From the NCBI GenBank assembly GCA_046757965.1, contig JBHHZI010000001.1:25112-89111 (forward strand): a stretch of DNA of 64,000 nucleotides, in the 5' to 3' direction. Position numbers and translations under genes: made by a program. This document shows, piece by piece, positions 39,301 to 48,475 of the stretch. This stretch comes from Acidobacteriota bacterium (GTDB lineage: Bacteria > Acidobacteriota > Polarisedimenticolia > SMYD01). Under the pieces are notes generated by a model that was given only the letters and a program-made list of their open reading frames with translations, made no database searches and was not told where the DNA came from. How positions within the stretch are numbered: the first letter of the stretch is position 1; the number at the start of each line of letters is the position of its first letter.

Positions 39301-39954
39301 GTGCGCATCGAGGACACGACGCCACCCGCGCTGTCGGTGCCGGCACCGCTGGTCGTCACCTCCACACAGCTCACGGTCGATGGCATCGGATGCGCGAAGA
39401 TCGACAATCCGGCCATCTCCGCCTGGCTGGCCGGGGCCAGTGCCACCGACGTCTGTGCCACCGGCACGGCCATCGCGCACGATGCACCGGACACCTTCCC
39501 GGTGAACACGACCACGGTGACGTTCACGGCCACCGACCCGTCGGGCAACATGACACAGGCCACGTCGGACGTGCAGGTGGTGTACGAGTTCAGCGGGTTC
39601 GGCAAACCGCTGATGTCGGACGGCTCGGCCTCGGTCAAGCAGGGCAAGAAGGGTCGCACGATACCCGTGAAGTTCGCCCTGAGCTGCGGCGGCACACCCG
39701 TCGCCACCGCTGTGGCGAGCATCGGAGTGTTCCAGATATCGAACGCGGACACCGGCACCGTCGACACCACGGATCTGACGGAGGACTCGGGCACTGCCAA
39801 TGATGGCGGGAATCTCTTCCGTTTCGACCCGAACAATCAGCAGTACATCTTCAACCTCTCCACCACGGGGTTCGCGGCACCGGCCACCTACCGGATCGTG
39901 GTGGGTCTTGACGATGGAACGGAGAAGACGGTGGAGTTCTCGCTGCGGCCCTGA
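33391..39954 (+). CDS. Giant secreted multi-domain protein. It combines FG-GAP/VCBS-type repeats, a parallel beta-helix, a zinc-metalloprotease-like HExxHxxxxxH motif, a GFIDILDF tandem repeat, and C-terminal Ig-like (HYR-like) domains.
   Basis: Signal peptide MKKSLYLCVFLASGVIATAA. More than 12 repeats of DxDGDGDLDxL ... IAWYEN (FG-GAP-like Ca-binding beta-propeller blades). NxxGxxS beta-helix rungs. ILAHEFGHALSLPHG. Conserved Cys-rich segments in the C-terminal third. Confidence 0.85.
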   Translation: MKKSLYLCVFLASGVIATAAEIPFYDARAIARGLTDPSKIFLADLDGDGRADLLSASFGDEIVAWSRNLGKDSAGQTLFGSRQTIAAAPAVFSPTGVLAIDVDGDGDLDVLSSSFADAKIAWYENLGTGNFGDPATNQKVISTGAIGAFAVSAADIDGDGDVDVLSASQSDSRIVWYENSGAPAAPGEWTFHDVSTAAMAARQVIAADLDADGDLDLLSASVFGNPIAWYENLGGGVFGDAATNQRVISSTVLSGRAAVAGDVDGDGDLDPISASCVDNTVAWYENSGSTTTGIWNQRVVSSTAACPESVFAADLDQDGDIDILSASSGGTLNWFENVNGLGMFATARPLASAFGGIDARAGDMDGDGDLDVVGATALTGEIAWFENRTIHGNSTFAPASIIDSAVDVTAVVAADLDRDGSPDAVAGSGADGSLAWWHNDEQGLFSQIARDISLNSPGTEAIVAADLDGDGDLDVASATTSSGSRLAWHRNLGAGDFGADSIIDASGVNYRTIDSGDIDGDGDLDLLAGGNFNEGSTPGVLTWLENTDGNGTFSARPNIPTGIVESIASVHLADLDGDGDLDIITGGVTSALGSVDWFANDGAGNFSPAAGIDTTSDPIASVTTTDVDGDGDRDVVAGRSFAVSWYENVDGHAGAFGPARSITASVKSVRSVFAADVDRDGDADVLAASSDDNLLSWYENLNGAGNFGPQQTVDADSVGARSIVTADIDSDGDLDVLSASPLGLALAWSENRGGQYSFSGSDLAPARAPSGQVIPLLSLTATLHARPGDSPGEVTSLALLFEQAPGVPLTTEEANGLIDALRVYRDTGSGMFEAGDDLVVTTVQTLALGGGVQTVLFGDGDALARLAAPATFFVVAELSHASFDLIPDHFRVTHLAPSSVVEDFRTDLPLAPATLASITSTITTAFQPLVVTTTADRVDDADGVSSLREAVQDANSRPGPDLILLGPGTYTLSIAGAGENAAASGDLDVTDSSGTLTIQGAGAPSPIIEASGIDRVFEIIGASLTLEGVTITGGMPPEGTSRGGGIGHFCCSTGTTTLINSVVTGNTASFSGGVDNNSPNGSIIVLNSTLTGNSSGFGSAMALAFGAVTVSGSTISGNTGSAAVVISQDTIGTIDSSTITGNDTGLSSSSSTPLRLSNTVVAGNTTDLTGSFNLAGHNLIGNLGAAVLSSTTVTDQIGGEDGGPAIDALLGPLQLNNGPTPNHALLAGSPAIDAGNCSGQTTDQRGAPRPVDLSSVPNVTGGDGCDIGAIEDTVAQTLTVVNVPVRWCGVVGAPSLPTTAAAANAELLSRSEAATSNVLAPVASIRVRSGATATFPSFPLLTDPDTTIGNPGDVVVDPAARNYDEVLQLFTSCRTAWEQGDPSVVGITAVQINQFVDPARNALGLLGVGGRAEPLNAPQQAVAGRVMIVDPQHLVGLTPADSIERILAHEFGHALSLPHGNGMDDDLNGVLDDNDDRFLGLPRFDGPNLMHYRTGSQLTDLQIGQARLHAVSTIPDTTLSSSLAVDADDVPIDEGFIDILDFGFIDILDFGFIDILDFGFIDILDFAMNETLDFGFVDILDFGMSIGTEAPDETTLFTSTGGLLWPQPIRVDSSYYFYLDLDMNPATGGTPSDFGFPGAGVAAQTGVDLIAQVDVTATGQTLTVHQFVDSTTGFVVVPNPVAEPTRVENVSVGLFQRTGGAAAETDDQAIGINVRAQIKNSVLEGAGWTVGDPLTLETLSTVTCSGILPAGFTIDCQCMDCAVCPDFPGCAATGTPDTIDPVVVTDCVNADLDFTPPLLPACLATPGEIVPGGSTVVTASHFPAGAGNVEVLIGSTVLGSSPVDGSGDAVIPVTIPSGTTGGPLVLTTRIPGLATEATCGVQVSSQTSVCAPDLQAPSVSVTDSLIVAEQTTCGGTPVDVLTASGFSADDLCDGSPAVALSDAGPYPLGDTVVTITATDATGNSAAIDVTVRIEDTTPPALSVPAPLVVTSTQLTVDGIGCAKIDNPAISAWLAGASATDVCATGTAIAHDAPDTFPVNTTTVTFTATDPSGNMTQATSDVQVVYEFSGFGKPLMSDGSASVKQGKKGRTIPVKFALSCGGTPVATAVASIGVFQISNADTGTVDTTDLTEDSGTANDGGNLFRFDPNNQQYIFNLSTTGFAAPATYRIVVGLDDGTEKTVEFSLRP
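37993..38136 (+). repeat. Near-perfect 24-nt tandem repeat (6 units) encoding GFIDILDF x4 plus two variant units
   Basis: The unit ggcttcatcgacatcctcgacttt is repeated head-to-tail with only synonymous third-position changes. It lies inside the giant gene just downstream of the HExxH motif. Confidence 0.8.
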
Positions 39955-40049
39955 CGGAGTATGATGACGGTCCCGGTGGGAAGCGGGAAAGCGTTGATCG
40001 GCACCGCGCCTTTCGAGACGGACGATGGTCTTTTGCGTGGGGGGCACGC

Positions 40050-42662
40050 GTGACGCAAGACGACACCCGGAACACGCCGCGGCCATCCACACCCGCCGGT
40101 TCCAGTCATGATGACGCGGCGTCGTCCGGTGACCCGACGAGGGGACCCGGTCGCGGCGACGGTCAAGATCCCATCCGGTCGGCCGGGGACAAGGCGATGG
40201 GGATTCCCGCTCCCGGCGGTCCGGACGCTGCTGAGCCAGACCCCTCCAGCCAGCGCCGCGAACTCGAGGACCAGGAGACCGTCCTGCGCACGCAGCGCTC
40301 CGTGTCGGCGGGAAACACGCCGGCAGGCGTGGCGGGCCCGGAGGACGAGGAGACCTTGCTGGCCATTTCGCCGCCGGCCGGCCAGGCCCCGAGGTCAACG
40401 GGCGACCTCGAGGCCGGCCATGTGATCGGCCGCTACCACCTGCTCCAGAAGATCGGCGAGGGGGGAATGGGCGATGTCTGGGAGGCCGACCAACACGAAC
40501 CGGTCCGCCGCCGGGTCGCCTTGAAGCTCATCAAGCAGGGCATGGATACCCGGCAGGTCGTGGCGCGCTTCGAGAGCGAACGGCAGGCCCTGGCCGTGAT
40601 GGACCATCCCTTCATCGCCCAGGTGTTCGATGCCGGCAGCACCGACAGGGGCCGCCCGTACTTCGTGATGGAGTACGTGAAGGGAGTGCCGATCTCCGAG
40701 TACTGCGACCGCCGACGACTGGACACACGCGCCCGCCTGGCCCTGTTCATGCAGGTCTGCGAGGGTGTCCAGCACGCGCATCACAAGGCGATCATTCACC
40801 GGGATCTGAAGCCGTCGAACATCCTGATCGCCCTGCACGGTGACAAGGCGACCCCGAAGATCATCGACTTCGGCGTGGCCAAGGCCACATCCAGGCCGCT
40901 GACCGACAGCACCATGTTCACGGAGCTGGGCCAGTTCATCGGCACTCCCGAGTACATGAGCCCGGAGCAGGCGGAGATGGGCGGTCAGGACATCGATACC
41001 CGCACCGATGTCTACGCCCTCGGGGCCATCCTCTATGAACTCCTGGTCGGGGCACTGCCGTTCGACGCCGGGCCACTGCGTCGCGCCGGGCTGGACGAGA
41101 TCCGGCGTCACATCATCGACGTGGACCCGCCGACTCCCAGTGCCCGTTTTCCCACCCTCGGAGGCGAGGCCGCCGCCACGTCCGCCCGCAACCGATCCAC
41201 CGACGTCTCGACACTGAGACGCCAGCTCCGCGGCGATCTGGACTGGATCGTCATGAAGGCGATGGAGAAGGACCGGTCGCGTCGTTATGGGTCGCCCATG
41301 GAACTGGCGGCCGACATCGGGCGCTATCTGGCCTCGGAGCCGATCGCCGCCCGCCCACCAAGCACCACCTACCGGATGCAGAAATTCGTGCGCCGCCACA
41401 CCGGCGCCGTCGCGGCTGCCGGCACCCTGGCGAGTCTCCTGGTGGCGTTCGCCGTCGTCATGGCCGTCCAGGCGGGTCGGATCGCGGCAGAGCGGGACCG
41501 CGCCAACCAGGAGGCGGCAGCCGCCACCCGGGTCTCGAGTTTTCTCACCGGCCTGTTCAGGGTCTCCGACCCCGGCGAGGCGCGTGGCAACAGCATCACA
41601 GCTCGCGAGATCCTCGACCAGGGAGCAGACAGCATTCACAAGACGCTCGCCGACCAGCCGGCCATCCAGGCTCGCCTCATGGACACCATGGGTGAGGTGT
41701 ACCGCAACCTGGGACTGTACGCTCCCGCCACGCCACTGCTGAGTGACGCGCTTCAGACACGGCGTCATCTTCTGGGCGATGACCACCCGGACGTTCTGCG
41801 CTCGATGCAGCAGCTCGGCATCCTCTACTACCAGCAGGGACGCTTTGACGAGGCAGAGCCACTCCTGGCCGACGCCCTGGCCAAGCGACGCCGGGTTCTT
41901 GGCCCGGAGGATCCCGACACGCTGGACTCCATGAACAGCCTGGCCAATCTGTACCTCCGGTCACGCCGCACGGAGGAGGCCGAGCCGCTCTATGTGACGG
42001 CCCTGGCCGCCCAGCGGCGCATTCTGGATGATGACGATCCGGCAACACTCAAGACGATGAACAACCTCGCCGCGCTGTACAAGCGGACCAGGCAGTTTGA
42101 ACTTGCCGAACCGCTGGCTCGTGACGCCCTTGCGTCCCGACGGCGCGTACTGGGCGACGATCACCCCAGCACGCTCAACGCCCTGCAGAACCTCGCCGTC
42201 ATCAATACATTCGAGGGCGATTTCGACCAGGCGGAACCACTGTTCGAGGAAGCGCTGGCCACACGCCGGCGGGTGCTGGGTGAGGAACATCCCGAGACCC
42301 TGCTGCAGATGAACAATCTGGCCGAGTTCTACCGGATGGCGGGCAAGGCCGAACGGGCCGAGCCGCTGCTGGTCTCGGCACTGGCAACCCAGCGGCGGGT
42401 TCTGGGCAACGATCACCCCAGCACGTTCGCCATGCTGGACACCCTCGCCCATGTCTACATGGACGAGAAACGCTTCGACGCCGCCGAACCGCTGTTCCAG
42501 GAGGCCCTGGAGGGACGGGCCCGCGTCCTGGGGCCCGCCGACCGAAGTACCATCGAATCTCTCAACGCCATGATCGCCCTGTGCGATGCGAAGGGCCACG
42601 AGAAGATGGCCGGGCATTACCGGGAGCGTCTGGCCCGAGCCATGGCAGACCGCGAGAGATGA
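40050..42662 (+). CDS. Ser/Thr protein kinase with a TM segment and C-terminal tetratricopeptide (TPR) repeats
   Basis: Kinase motifs are GEGGMGDVW, VALK, HRDLKPSNIL, DFG and PEYMSPE. One TM helix. Then more than 8 repeats of the LxxLxxLYxxQGRxxEAEPL type. GTG start is provisional. Confidence 0.85.
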   Translation: MTQDDTRNTPRPSTPAGSSHDDAASSGDPTRGPGRGDGQDPIRSAGDKAMGIPAPGGPDAAEPDPSSQRRELEDQETVLRTQRSVSAGNTPAGVAGPEDEETLLAISPPAGQAPRSTGDLEAGHVIGRYHLLQKIGEGGMGDVWEADQHEPVRRRVALKLIKQGMDTRQVVARFESERQALAVMDHPFIAQVFDAGSTDRGRPYFVMEYVKGVPISEYCDRRRLDTRARLALFMQVCEGVQHAHHKAIIHRDLKPSNILIALHGDKATPKIIDFGVAKATSRPLTDSTMFTELGQFIGTPEYMSPEQAEMGGQDIDTRTDVYALGAILYELLVGALPFDAGPLRRAGLDEIRRHIIDVDPPTPSARFPTLGGEAAATSARNRSTDVSTLRRQLRGDLDWIVMKAMEKDRSRRYGSPMELAADIGRYLASEPIAARPPSTTYRMQKFVRRHTGAVAAAGTLASLLVAFAVVMAVQAGRIAAERDRANQEAAAATRVSSFLTGLFRVSDPGEARGNSITAREILDQGADSIHKTLADQPAIQARLMDTMGEVYRNLGLYAPATPLLSDALQTRRHLLGDDHPDVLRSMQQLGILYYQQGRFDEAEPLLADALAKRRRVLGPEDPDTLDSMNSLANLYLRSRRTEEAEPLYVTALAAQRRILDDDDPATLKTMNNLAALYKRTRQFELAEPLARDALASRRRVLGDDHPSTLNALQNLAVINTFEGDFDQAEPLFEEALATRRRVLGEEHPETLLQMNNLAEFYRMAGKAERAEPLLVSALATQRRVLGNDHPSTFAMLDTLAHVYMDEKRFDAAEPLFQEALEGRARVLGPADRSTIESLNAMIALCDAKGHEKMAGHYRERLARAMADRER

Positions 42663-42767
42663 CTCCTGATGGCCGTGGCAGCGTTTTCTCACCGCGATTG
42701 CGCCACCATGTGAGGCGGACAGCTCGAAGAGCCGCCGGCTGACAACACCGCTGATGGCGATGGCCGC

Positions 42768-43274
42768 TCAGTCGGTCCACAGGAGAAGACGCGCTCCGTC
42801 AGCTCGGGACGTGTCGAGCACCAGCGCCGGGCCGCGACGCTGCAGGTCCTCCTCGGAGACGCGCAGATCGAGATGTTGCCAGTCGCCGGACAGGGCGGAG
42901 GTCAACGTCCCGAGATTGACACTGCGGGTCATCTTGGCCTTCACGAACCAGAACGGAAAATCGATACGGAGAAGACGCCGGCCGGCAGGGTCCCAGCCCA
43001 GCAGATGAAGCCGGCGCAGGTCGGCCGGTGTGTCGCGCTCCAGTTCCCGATGCACGACGGCTGGACCGTCGGCCGGAATCTCCACGTACGGGACGCCTCC
43101 TCCAGAGCGGGCGATCGCCTCGGCAAAGACGGCGGCCGCCGCGGACTCATCCACCGTGGCGAGGTCGCTCCAGCTCGAGAACATGATCCAGAAGATCCCG
43201 ACACCGCCCACCGCCATGGCGACGAGACCGACGCCCAGCCGGGCCACCCAGCGCCTTGTGCTCCCACCGCTCAT
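42768..43274 (-). CDS. Hypothetical membrane-anchored protein
   Basis: ORF with an N-terminal hydrophobic helix (LGVGLVAMAVGGVGIFWIMF). No known motif. Confidence 0.5.
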   Translation of the reverse strand: MSGGSTRRWVARLGVGLVAMAVGGVGIFWIMFSSWSDLATVDESAAAAVFAEAIARSGGGVPYVEIPADGPAVVHRELERDTPADLRRLHLLGWDPAGRRLLRIDFPFWFVKAKMTRSVNLGTLTSALSGDWQHLDLRVSEEDLQRRGPALVLDTSRADGARLLLWTD

Positions 43275-43671
43275 CAGACGACAACATCGTACACCCCGCT
43301 CCGCCGGCGTGGAGACAGCCGGCGGGTGACGGGTGAGCAGGCCATCGCACCGGATGGCGCCACTCCGAACTCTTCCGCCCGGCGAGACAGAGGAACAGGG
43401 TCATGGCCCGCGGCCGGGGCCAGCCATCTGGATGATGCCACCGGCGGCCGCACGCATCACGCCCGGTCCAGAAAACCAACGGCAGGACGCCCCGCTTTCG
43501 GATGGAGCGGGGCGAGCCTTGCACCTGTCGACCGGAGGCGGCACTCTTCGGTTCATCGGCGCCATGATCCCGTGCTATGGTGCGAACGGTCGCAGGTCCT
43601 CCCACGCTGGTTCACCACCAGCCGACAGACGACGTGGCCGGATACTCGGCCCGTCCGGAGATCCAGACATC

Positions 43672-45117
43672 ATGAATCGATTCCGTTTCCTGATCGCGAT
43701 TCTCGACGCCCGCAGGTTTCTGGTGCTGGGCCTAGGGCTCGGGTTGTGTGTCGTCGCCGCCTCCGCCGGCCAGGCGGCTGCTGGCATGCCGAACCACCCT
43801 CCCGGCCGCGCCGACCCACCCGGCACCAACCTCCCGGCAACCAGCACGGCCGGCACCCTGCTGTTCGATGATGTCACGATCCTCGACGGGACCGGCCGGC
43901 CGCCGATGCCCCATGCGCATCTCCTGGTCCGCGAGGGCCGGATCGAGCGACTCGGCCGGACGGCCTGGAAGGTTTCTGGCCAGGTGCGACGGATCGACGG
44001 CCACGGAAGGTATCTCATCCCCGGCCTCATCGACGTCCACGTGCATGTTGTCGGCGGCTTCGCCGATGAGGATGAGGGCGACACCGGGAAGCAGGCCGGC
44101 GTCCGCGCCCTGCACGGCTATCTCTACTCCGGTGTCACGACCATCTTCGATGCCGGAAACGATCCGGACTACATTTTCGGCCTGCGGGCCGCCGAGCGCG
44201 CCGGCGCACTGGTGGCGCCTCACCTGCTGGCGGCCGGGGGCATCGTCACGGTTCCCGGCGGCCACGGTGGGTTCACCCCGTCGACGCTGATCGAGACCTG
44301 GCCTGGCGCCCGCTCGGTTCTCGACGCCGAGATCGCCCTGGCACCGGACATGGTCAAGTTCACCTACGACGAGCACAACTGGGGAACGCGGCCGCTGATT
44401 CCTCTCCTGCCGCTTGACCTCATGCAACATGCCATCGAGTACCTCAACGATCACGGTCTACGCACGACGGTCCACACGTCCAACGAGATCCGGGCGCGGG
44501 AGGCGATCTTCGCCGGCATCGATACGCTGGCGCACCCTGTCATCCAGAGCCCGGTCAGCGACGGCTTTGTCGCGCTGATGGCGGCCAAGCAGGTGCCGAT
44601 GGCCTCCACCCTGACCATCGGCGAGGGTTACAGCCGTCTGGTCGATCACCCGGAGTTTCTCGATGCGCCGCTCTATGCGGCGGTGTTCGAACCAGGTGAG
44701 ATCGCCCGGCTCAAAGGTGAGGTGCGGGATCGGTACGCGGCCCGCGCCTGGACCACCTGGATGAAGGTGATGACGCCTGTGGCCCAGGAGAACCTGCGCC
44801 GCATCGACGCCGCAGGCGGCGTCATCGCCCTCGGGTCGGATCAGTCCAACGGACCGGCCTCACAGCGCGAGCTGGAGCTACTGGTCCAGGGCGGTATCCC
44901 GCCGCTGTCGGCACTGAAGATCGCCACACTCAACAGTGCGGTGTTTCTCGGGCGGGCCCGCGAGACCGGATCCATCGAGGAGGGCAAGGTCGCCGACCTG
45001 GTCCTGCTCTCCGCCAACCCCCTCGACGACATCTCACACCTGCAATCGATCGACATGGTCGTGAAGGCCGGCCGGATCATCGACCGGGCCGCACTCGACC
45101 TGCCGGTCAATCGTTGA
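43672..45117 (+). CDS. Secreted amidohydrolase-family metal-dependent hydrolase
   Basis: Signal peptide. Metal-binding IPGLIDVHVHV HxH motif and later His/Asp residues typical of the amidohydrolase TIM barrel. GGAG upstream of ATG 43672. Confidence 0.8.
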   Translation: MNRFRFLIAILDARRFLVLGLGLGLCVVAASAGQAAAGMPNHPPGRADPPGTNLPATSTAGTLLFDDVTILDGTGRPPMPHAHLLVREGRIERLGRTAWKVSGQVRRIDGHGRYLIPGLIDVHVHVVGGFADEDEGDTGKQAGVRALHGYLYSGVTTIFDAGNDPDYIFGLRAAERAGALVAPHLLAAGGIVTVPGGHGGFTPSTLIETWPGARSVLDAEIALAPDMVKFTYDEHNWGTRPLIPLLPLDLMQHAIEYLNDHGLRTTVHTSNEIRAREAIFAGIDTLAHPVIQSPVSDGFVALMAAKQVPMASTLTIGEGYSRLVDHPEFLDAPLYAAVFEPGEIARLKGEVRDRYAARAWTTWMKVMTPVAQENLRRIDAAGGVIALGSDQSNGPASQRELELLVQGGIPPLSALKIATLNSAVFLGRARETGSIEEGKVADLVLLSANPLDDISHLQSIDMVVKAGRIIDRAALDLPVNR

Positions 45118-45349
45118 CGCTGGCCAGGCTCCAGGCGGGCCGGCTGGTGACCGGAGAGCCGCACCGACTCCACACGCGGGTTGTCCGTGGCCACGCGTCC
45201 TCCGGCGCCAGGGAAGGCCTCGACCTCCCCGTCCCGTCCGGAGCCCGGATCGGGTTCGATTCCCCGTCCCTTCGAGAACCCGACACTCGTCGAGAATCGA
45301 TCGGGGCCTGTGCGACCGGTTCGCCACGGCATGATTCACCGACCGCGTC

Positions 45350-46753
45350 TCACGGTGTGCCGGGCGCGAATCGATCGCCGTAGACCAGCGGCTCTCCGGT
45401 CTCCCAGGGCCGGTAACCATTGCAGAAGTCTATCCGCTCCCCGAGCGGCGGGTGCGTGGAGCGCCACAGCTTGAACAGCACGCCAGGACGGGGATTGCCG
45501 AGATTCTCCTCCTGGAGCTTCACGAAGGCCGTGGCGGCGGCATGATTGTCGCGGGTCAGCTCCAGGCCGAAGCGGTCGGCCTCGTGTTCCAGGTGCCGGC
45601 CGAATCCCATGACCACCGGCGTCAGGAGAAAGAAGAACAGGGAAAACAGCAGCAGCACCAGCGGCACCGATGCGATGTCGCCCAGTTCGTCGAACCCGAA
45701 CCGGTGCCGAAAACGGGCGATGAGCCTGTCCGCCAGCCGGTGGATGAGAAACAGCGCGACCAGGATCAGACTCGCGCCGAAGAAGATCCCCTTGATGGCG
45801 TGGTTGAGCACGTAGTGCCCCATCTCGTGCCCCATGACGAAGAGCAGTTCCTCCGGGTCGAGCCGGTCGATGATGGTGTCCCAGAGGACGATCCGCTTGG
45901 TGTTCGCGAAACCGGTCACGTAGGCATTGACCGCCTTGGTGTCCACGCTCTTGTTCACCTCGAACACCCGGCTGCCCTGGATGCCGGCCCGGTCGGCCAG
46001 GGCGAGAATCCGTGCCTCCAGGGCCTGGTCCTTCATCGGCCCGAACTTGTTGAACAGCGGCGCCACCCAGACGGGCTGCACGAGGAAGACGAAGAACAGG
46101 AACGGCACCATGGCGATGCCGGTATACAACCACCAGCGGCGCGGACTTTTCCGGATCAGTAGGTACGGCACCCAGGCAAACAGCACGGCGGCAATCATGC
46201 CGACGAGAAGGCCCGTCACCGAATCACTGAACCACTTGCCGGGCGTCTGAGTGGACAGGTCGTACGCATGCTGGCGCACGAACTGCTGGTAATACGACAG
46301 GGGCAGGTCTATGAGGTAGCTCACGGCCAGGAACAGGATCATGTAGACGGCAACGATGAAGAACCACTTCCGTCCGACGCGCCGGGCCAGATCCCGGAGC
46401 CGGGCGGAGAAACCGGTGAACAGGAACAGTGCCGGGATCAACCAGCCCCAGAGGGTGTTGAAGGCCCACAGCCAGTTCCCGGTGCGGTAGTACCGCATCG
46501 CCCGATCACTGGCTGCCGGCACGGCGACCGCGCCCTCCGTTCCGGCCGGCCTGTTCGGGGGGGTTTCCGTCTCGCCGGCGGCAGCGGGATCCGTACCCCC
46601 CTGATCGCCCGCGGCGGCCAGGCCCGACACCATACCGCCCGGCTCCGTTCCGGTGGGCGCCGGCTCCCGGGACCACGCCGCCGGCGCCATCAGCACCGCG
46701 CACAGAACCGAGACAACGAGAAGCTGGTGCCGAAGTCCACCCATCCACCGCAT
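45350..46753 (-). CDS. M48-family zinc metallopeptidase (Ste24/HtpX-like) with an N-terminal signal/TM region
   Basis: FVMGHEMGHYVLNH (HExxH) plus a downstream HEADRFG glutamate. Multiple TM helices. The ORF track extends further upstream; start chosen at the Met before the signal-like segment. Confidence 0.8.
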   Translation of the reverse strand: MRWMGGLRHQLLVVSVLCAVLMAPAAWSREPAPTGTEPGGMVSGLAAAGDQGGTDPAAAGETETPPNRPAGTEGAVAVPAASDRAMRYYRTGNWLWAFNTLWGWLIPALFLFTGFSARLRDLARRVGRKWFFIVAVYMILFLAVSYLIDLPLSYYQQFVRQHAYDLSTQTPGKWFSDSVTGLLVGMIAAVLFAWVPYLLIRKSPRRWWLYTGIAMVPFLFFVFLVQPVWVAPLFNKFGPMKDQALEARILALADRAGIQGSRVFEVNKSVDTKAVNAYVTGFANTKRIVLWDTIIDRLDPEELLFVMGHEMGHYVLNHAIKGIFFGASLILVALFLIHRLADRLIARFRHRFGFDELGDIASVPLVLLLFSLFFFLLTPVVMGFGRHLEHEADRFGLELTRDNHAAATAFVKLQEENLGNPRPGVLFKLWRSTHPPLGERIDFCNGYRPWETGEPLVYGDRFAPGTP

Positions 46754-47008
46754 GCTAGTCCGGGGTCGCGGGCCGGCGCAACCGTGCCGAGACGACGCTC
46801 GTCCTGGAGCCGGCCGCCCGGTCGGGCCCGGCAGGTGACGATCGCCTCTGCTCCTGCACCGCACACGAATCAAGAAGTGCTCCCGGAACCGTGGCCGGGA
46901 TCGCGCCGAGCGATATATACTTCTCAGCGGTCTTGACAGCGATGGGAGAAGATCGGCCCGCAACGCGCACCGGCCCACCTGTCGTCGATGCCAGGAGGAG
47001 ATGAGGTG

Positions 47009-48475
47009 ATGCGTCGCGCCGGATGGCTGATCGTTGCATGCTGTTGTGCCGGCATCTTTCCACCGGCCCAAGACGCTCACGCGGCCGGCACGGATGCTTC
47101 AGTCGTTCGCATCGTCAACTCGTCCCAGCACGGTGACTGGTACTCCCCCTGGGACGTGACCCGGGTCGCCGAGCTCACCGGCTCGGGATTCGTCATCGAC
47201 GGCGGGCTGGTGATGACCAACGCCCACGTGGTCAGCGATTCCCGCCTGCTTCTCATCCAGGTACGCAATGACCCCGAACCGCATGTCGCCGAGATCGTCT
47301 TCATCGCTCACGACAGCGACCTGGCTCTCATTCGCCCGACGGATCCGGAAGCCCTCGCGACGATCAAGCCGCTCCGGTTCGGCCGGCCACCCGAACTGGG
47401 GTCGACCGTCGACACCATCGGCTATCCGGCCGGCGGCTTGCAGGTTTCCTCCACGCGCGGCGTGGTCTCCCGCATCGAAGATCAGCTCTACGTCCATTCA
47501 GGCAAGGACAGCCACCTCACGGTGCAGACCGACGCCGCCATCAATCCCGGCAACAGCGGTGGACCCGTCGTCCAGCGCGGCCGCGTCGTGGGCGTCGCGT
47601 TTCAGGCGAGCCTCGATCTGGAAAGTGTCGGCTTCTTCATTCCCCTCGAGGTCATTCATCGATTCCTCGACGACGTCTCCGACGGCCATTACGACGGCTA
47701 TCCGGAACTGGGGGCCATCACGTCGTCGCTCCAGAATCCCGCGGCCCGCACCCGGGCACAGCTCGATCCCGGCGAGACAGGTGTGCGCGTGGACCGGGTC
47801 TACGGCGGCACCAGCGCGACCGGCATCCTGCGCCCAGGCGACGTGCTGCTCTCGGTGGACGGCCGTCTCGTGGGCAACGACGGCTCCGTCCCGGATGACG
47901 GCAGGCGGATTCCGTTCGGCCTGCTCGTGGACCGGATGCAGATCGGTGACAACCTGGCGGTGCGGGTGATGCGCGGCGGTGAGCGAGTCGGCCTGACGGT
48001 GCCCCTGGCCGACTTTCCCGCCGTGGCCAGCCAGGGTCACGTCTACGACCAGCATCCTCGCTACCTGATCTACGGAGGACTCGTGTTCGTCCCGATCAAC
48101 CGCGAGACCATGCAGACCTACGGATCCAGCTGGCGGCAAGATGCCGACAAGGAGCTCCTTCATGAGTACTTCATGCGGCCCCTGTTCGATCCCGATGCCT
48201 ACCTGCACCCGCGTGTTCTGCTGTTGAGGCGCCTCGCTCACCCGGTGAATGCCGACATGGCCTGGTACCGGAACGAGGTCGTGGACCGGGTGGATGGCAG
48301 GACGATCAACAGCCTTGCGGAACTGGCCGAGACCCTGGACAGCTTCACGGGAAAGTTCCATCTCATAGAGTTCGCTCACCACGGCCGGTTCGCGGTTCTG
48401 GACCGCGAGAAGGCCGAACAGGCCCGTGACGAGATCCGGGAGCACTACGGCATCCGCGAAGACCGACACCTGTGA
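47009..48475 (+). CDS. HtrA/DegP-like trypsin-fold serine protease with a PDZ domain
   Basis: Catalytic triad contexts TNAHVV (His), DLALI (Asp) and GNSGGPVV (Ser). Signal peptide. AGGAGG 10 nt upstream of the second ATG. Confidence 0.85.
   Translation: MRRAGWLIVACCCAGIFPPAQDAHAAGTDASVVRIVNSSQHGDWYSPWDVTRVAELTGSGFVIDGGLVMTNAHVVSDSRLLLIQVRNDPEPHVAEIVFIAHDSDLALIRPTDPEALATIKPLRFGRPPELGSTVDTIGYPAGGLQVSSTRGVVSRIEDQLYVHSGKDSHLTVQTDAAINPGNSGGPVVQRGRVVGVAFQASLDLESVGFFIPLEVIHRFLDDVSDGHYDGYPELGAITSSLQNPAARTRAQLDPGETGVRVDRVYGGTSATGILRPGDVLLSVDGRLVGNDGSVPDDGRRIPFGLLVDRMQIGDNLAVRVMRGGERVGLTVPLADFPAVASQGHVYDQHPRYLIYGGLVFVPINRETMQTYGSSWRQDADKELLHEYFMRPLFDPDAYLHPRVLLLRRLAHPVNADMAWYRNEVVDRVDGRTINSLAELAETLDSFTGKFHLIEFAHHGRFAVLDREKAEQARDEIREHYGIREDRHL

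Noticed and set aside
45230-45265. GGGTTCGATTCCCC tRNA T-loop-like sequence in the amidohydrolase-M48 intergenic region
   Set aside because: I could not build an acceptor stem or anticodon arm at the correct distances. The best acceptor pairing falls about 11 nt too close. It is a likely chance match or a decayed remnant.
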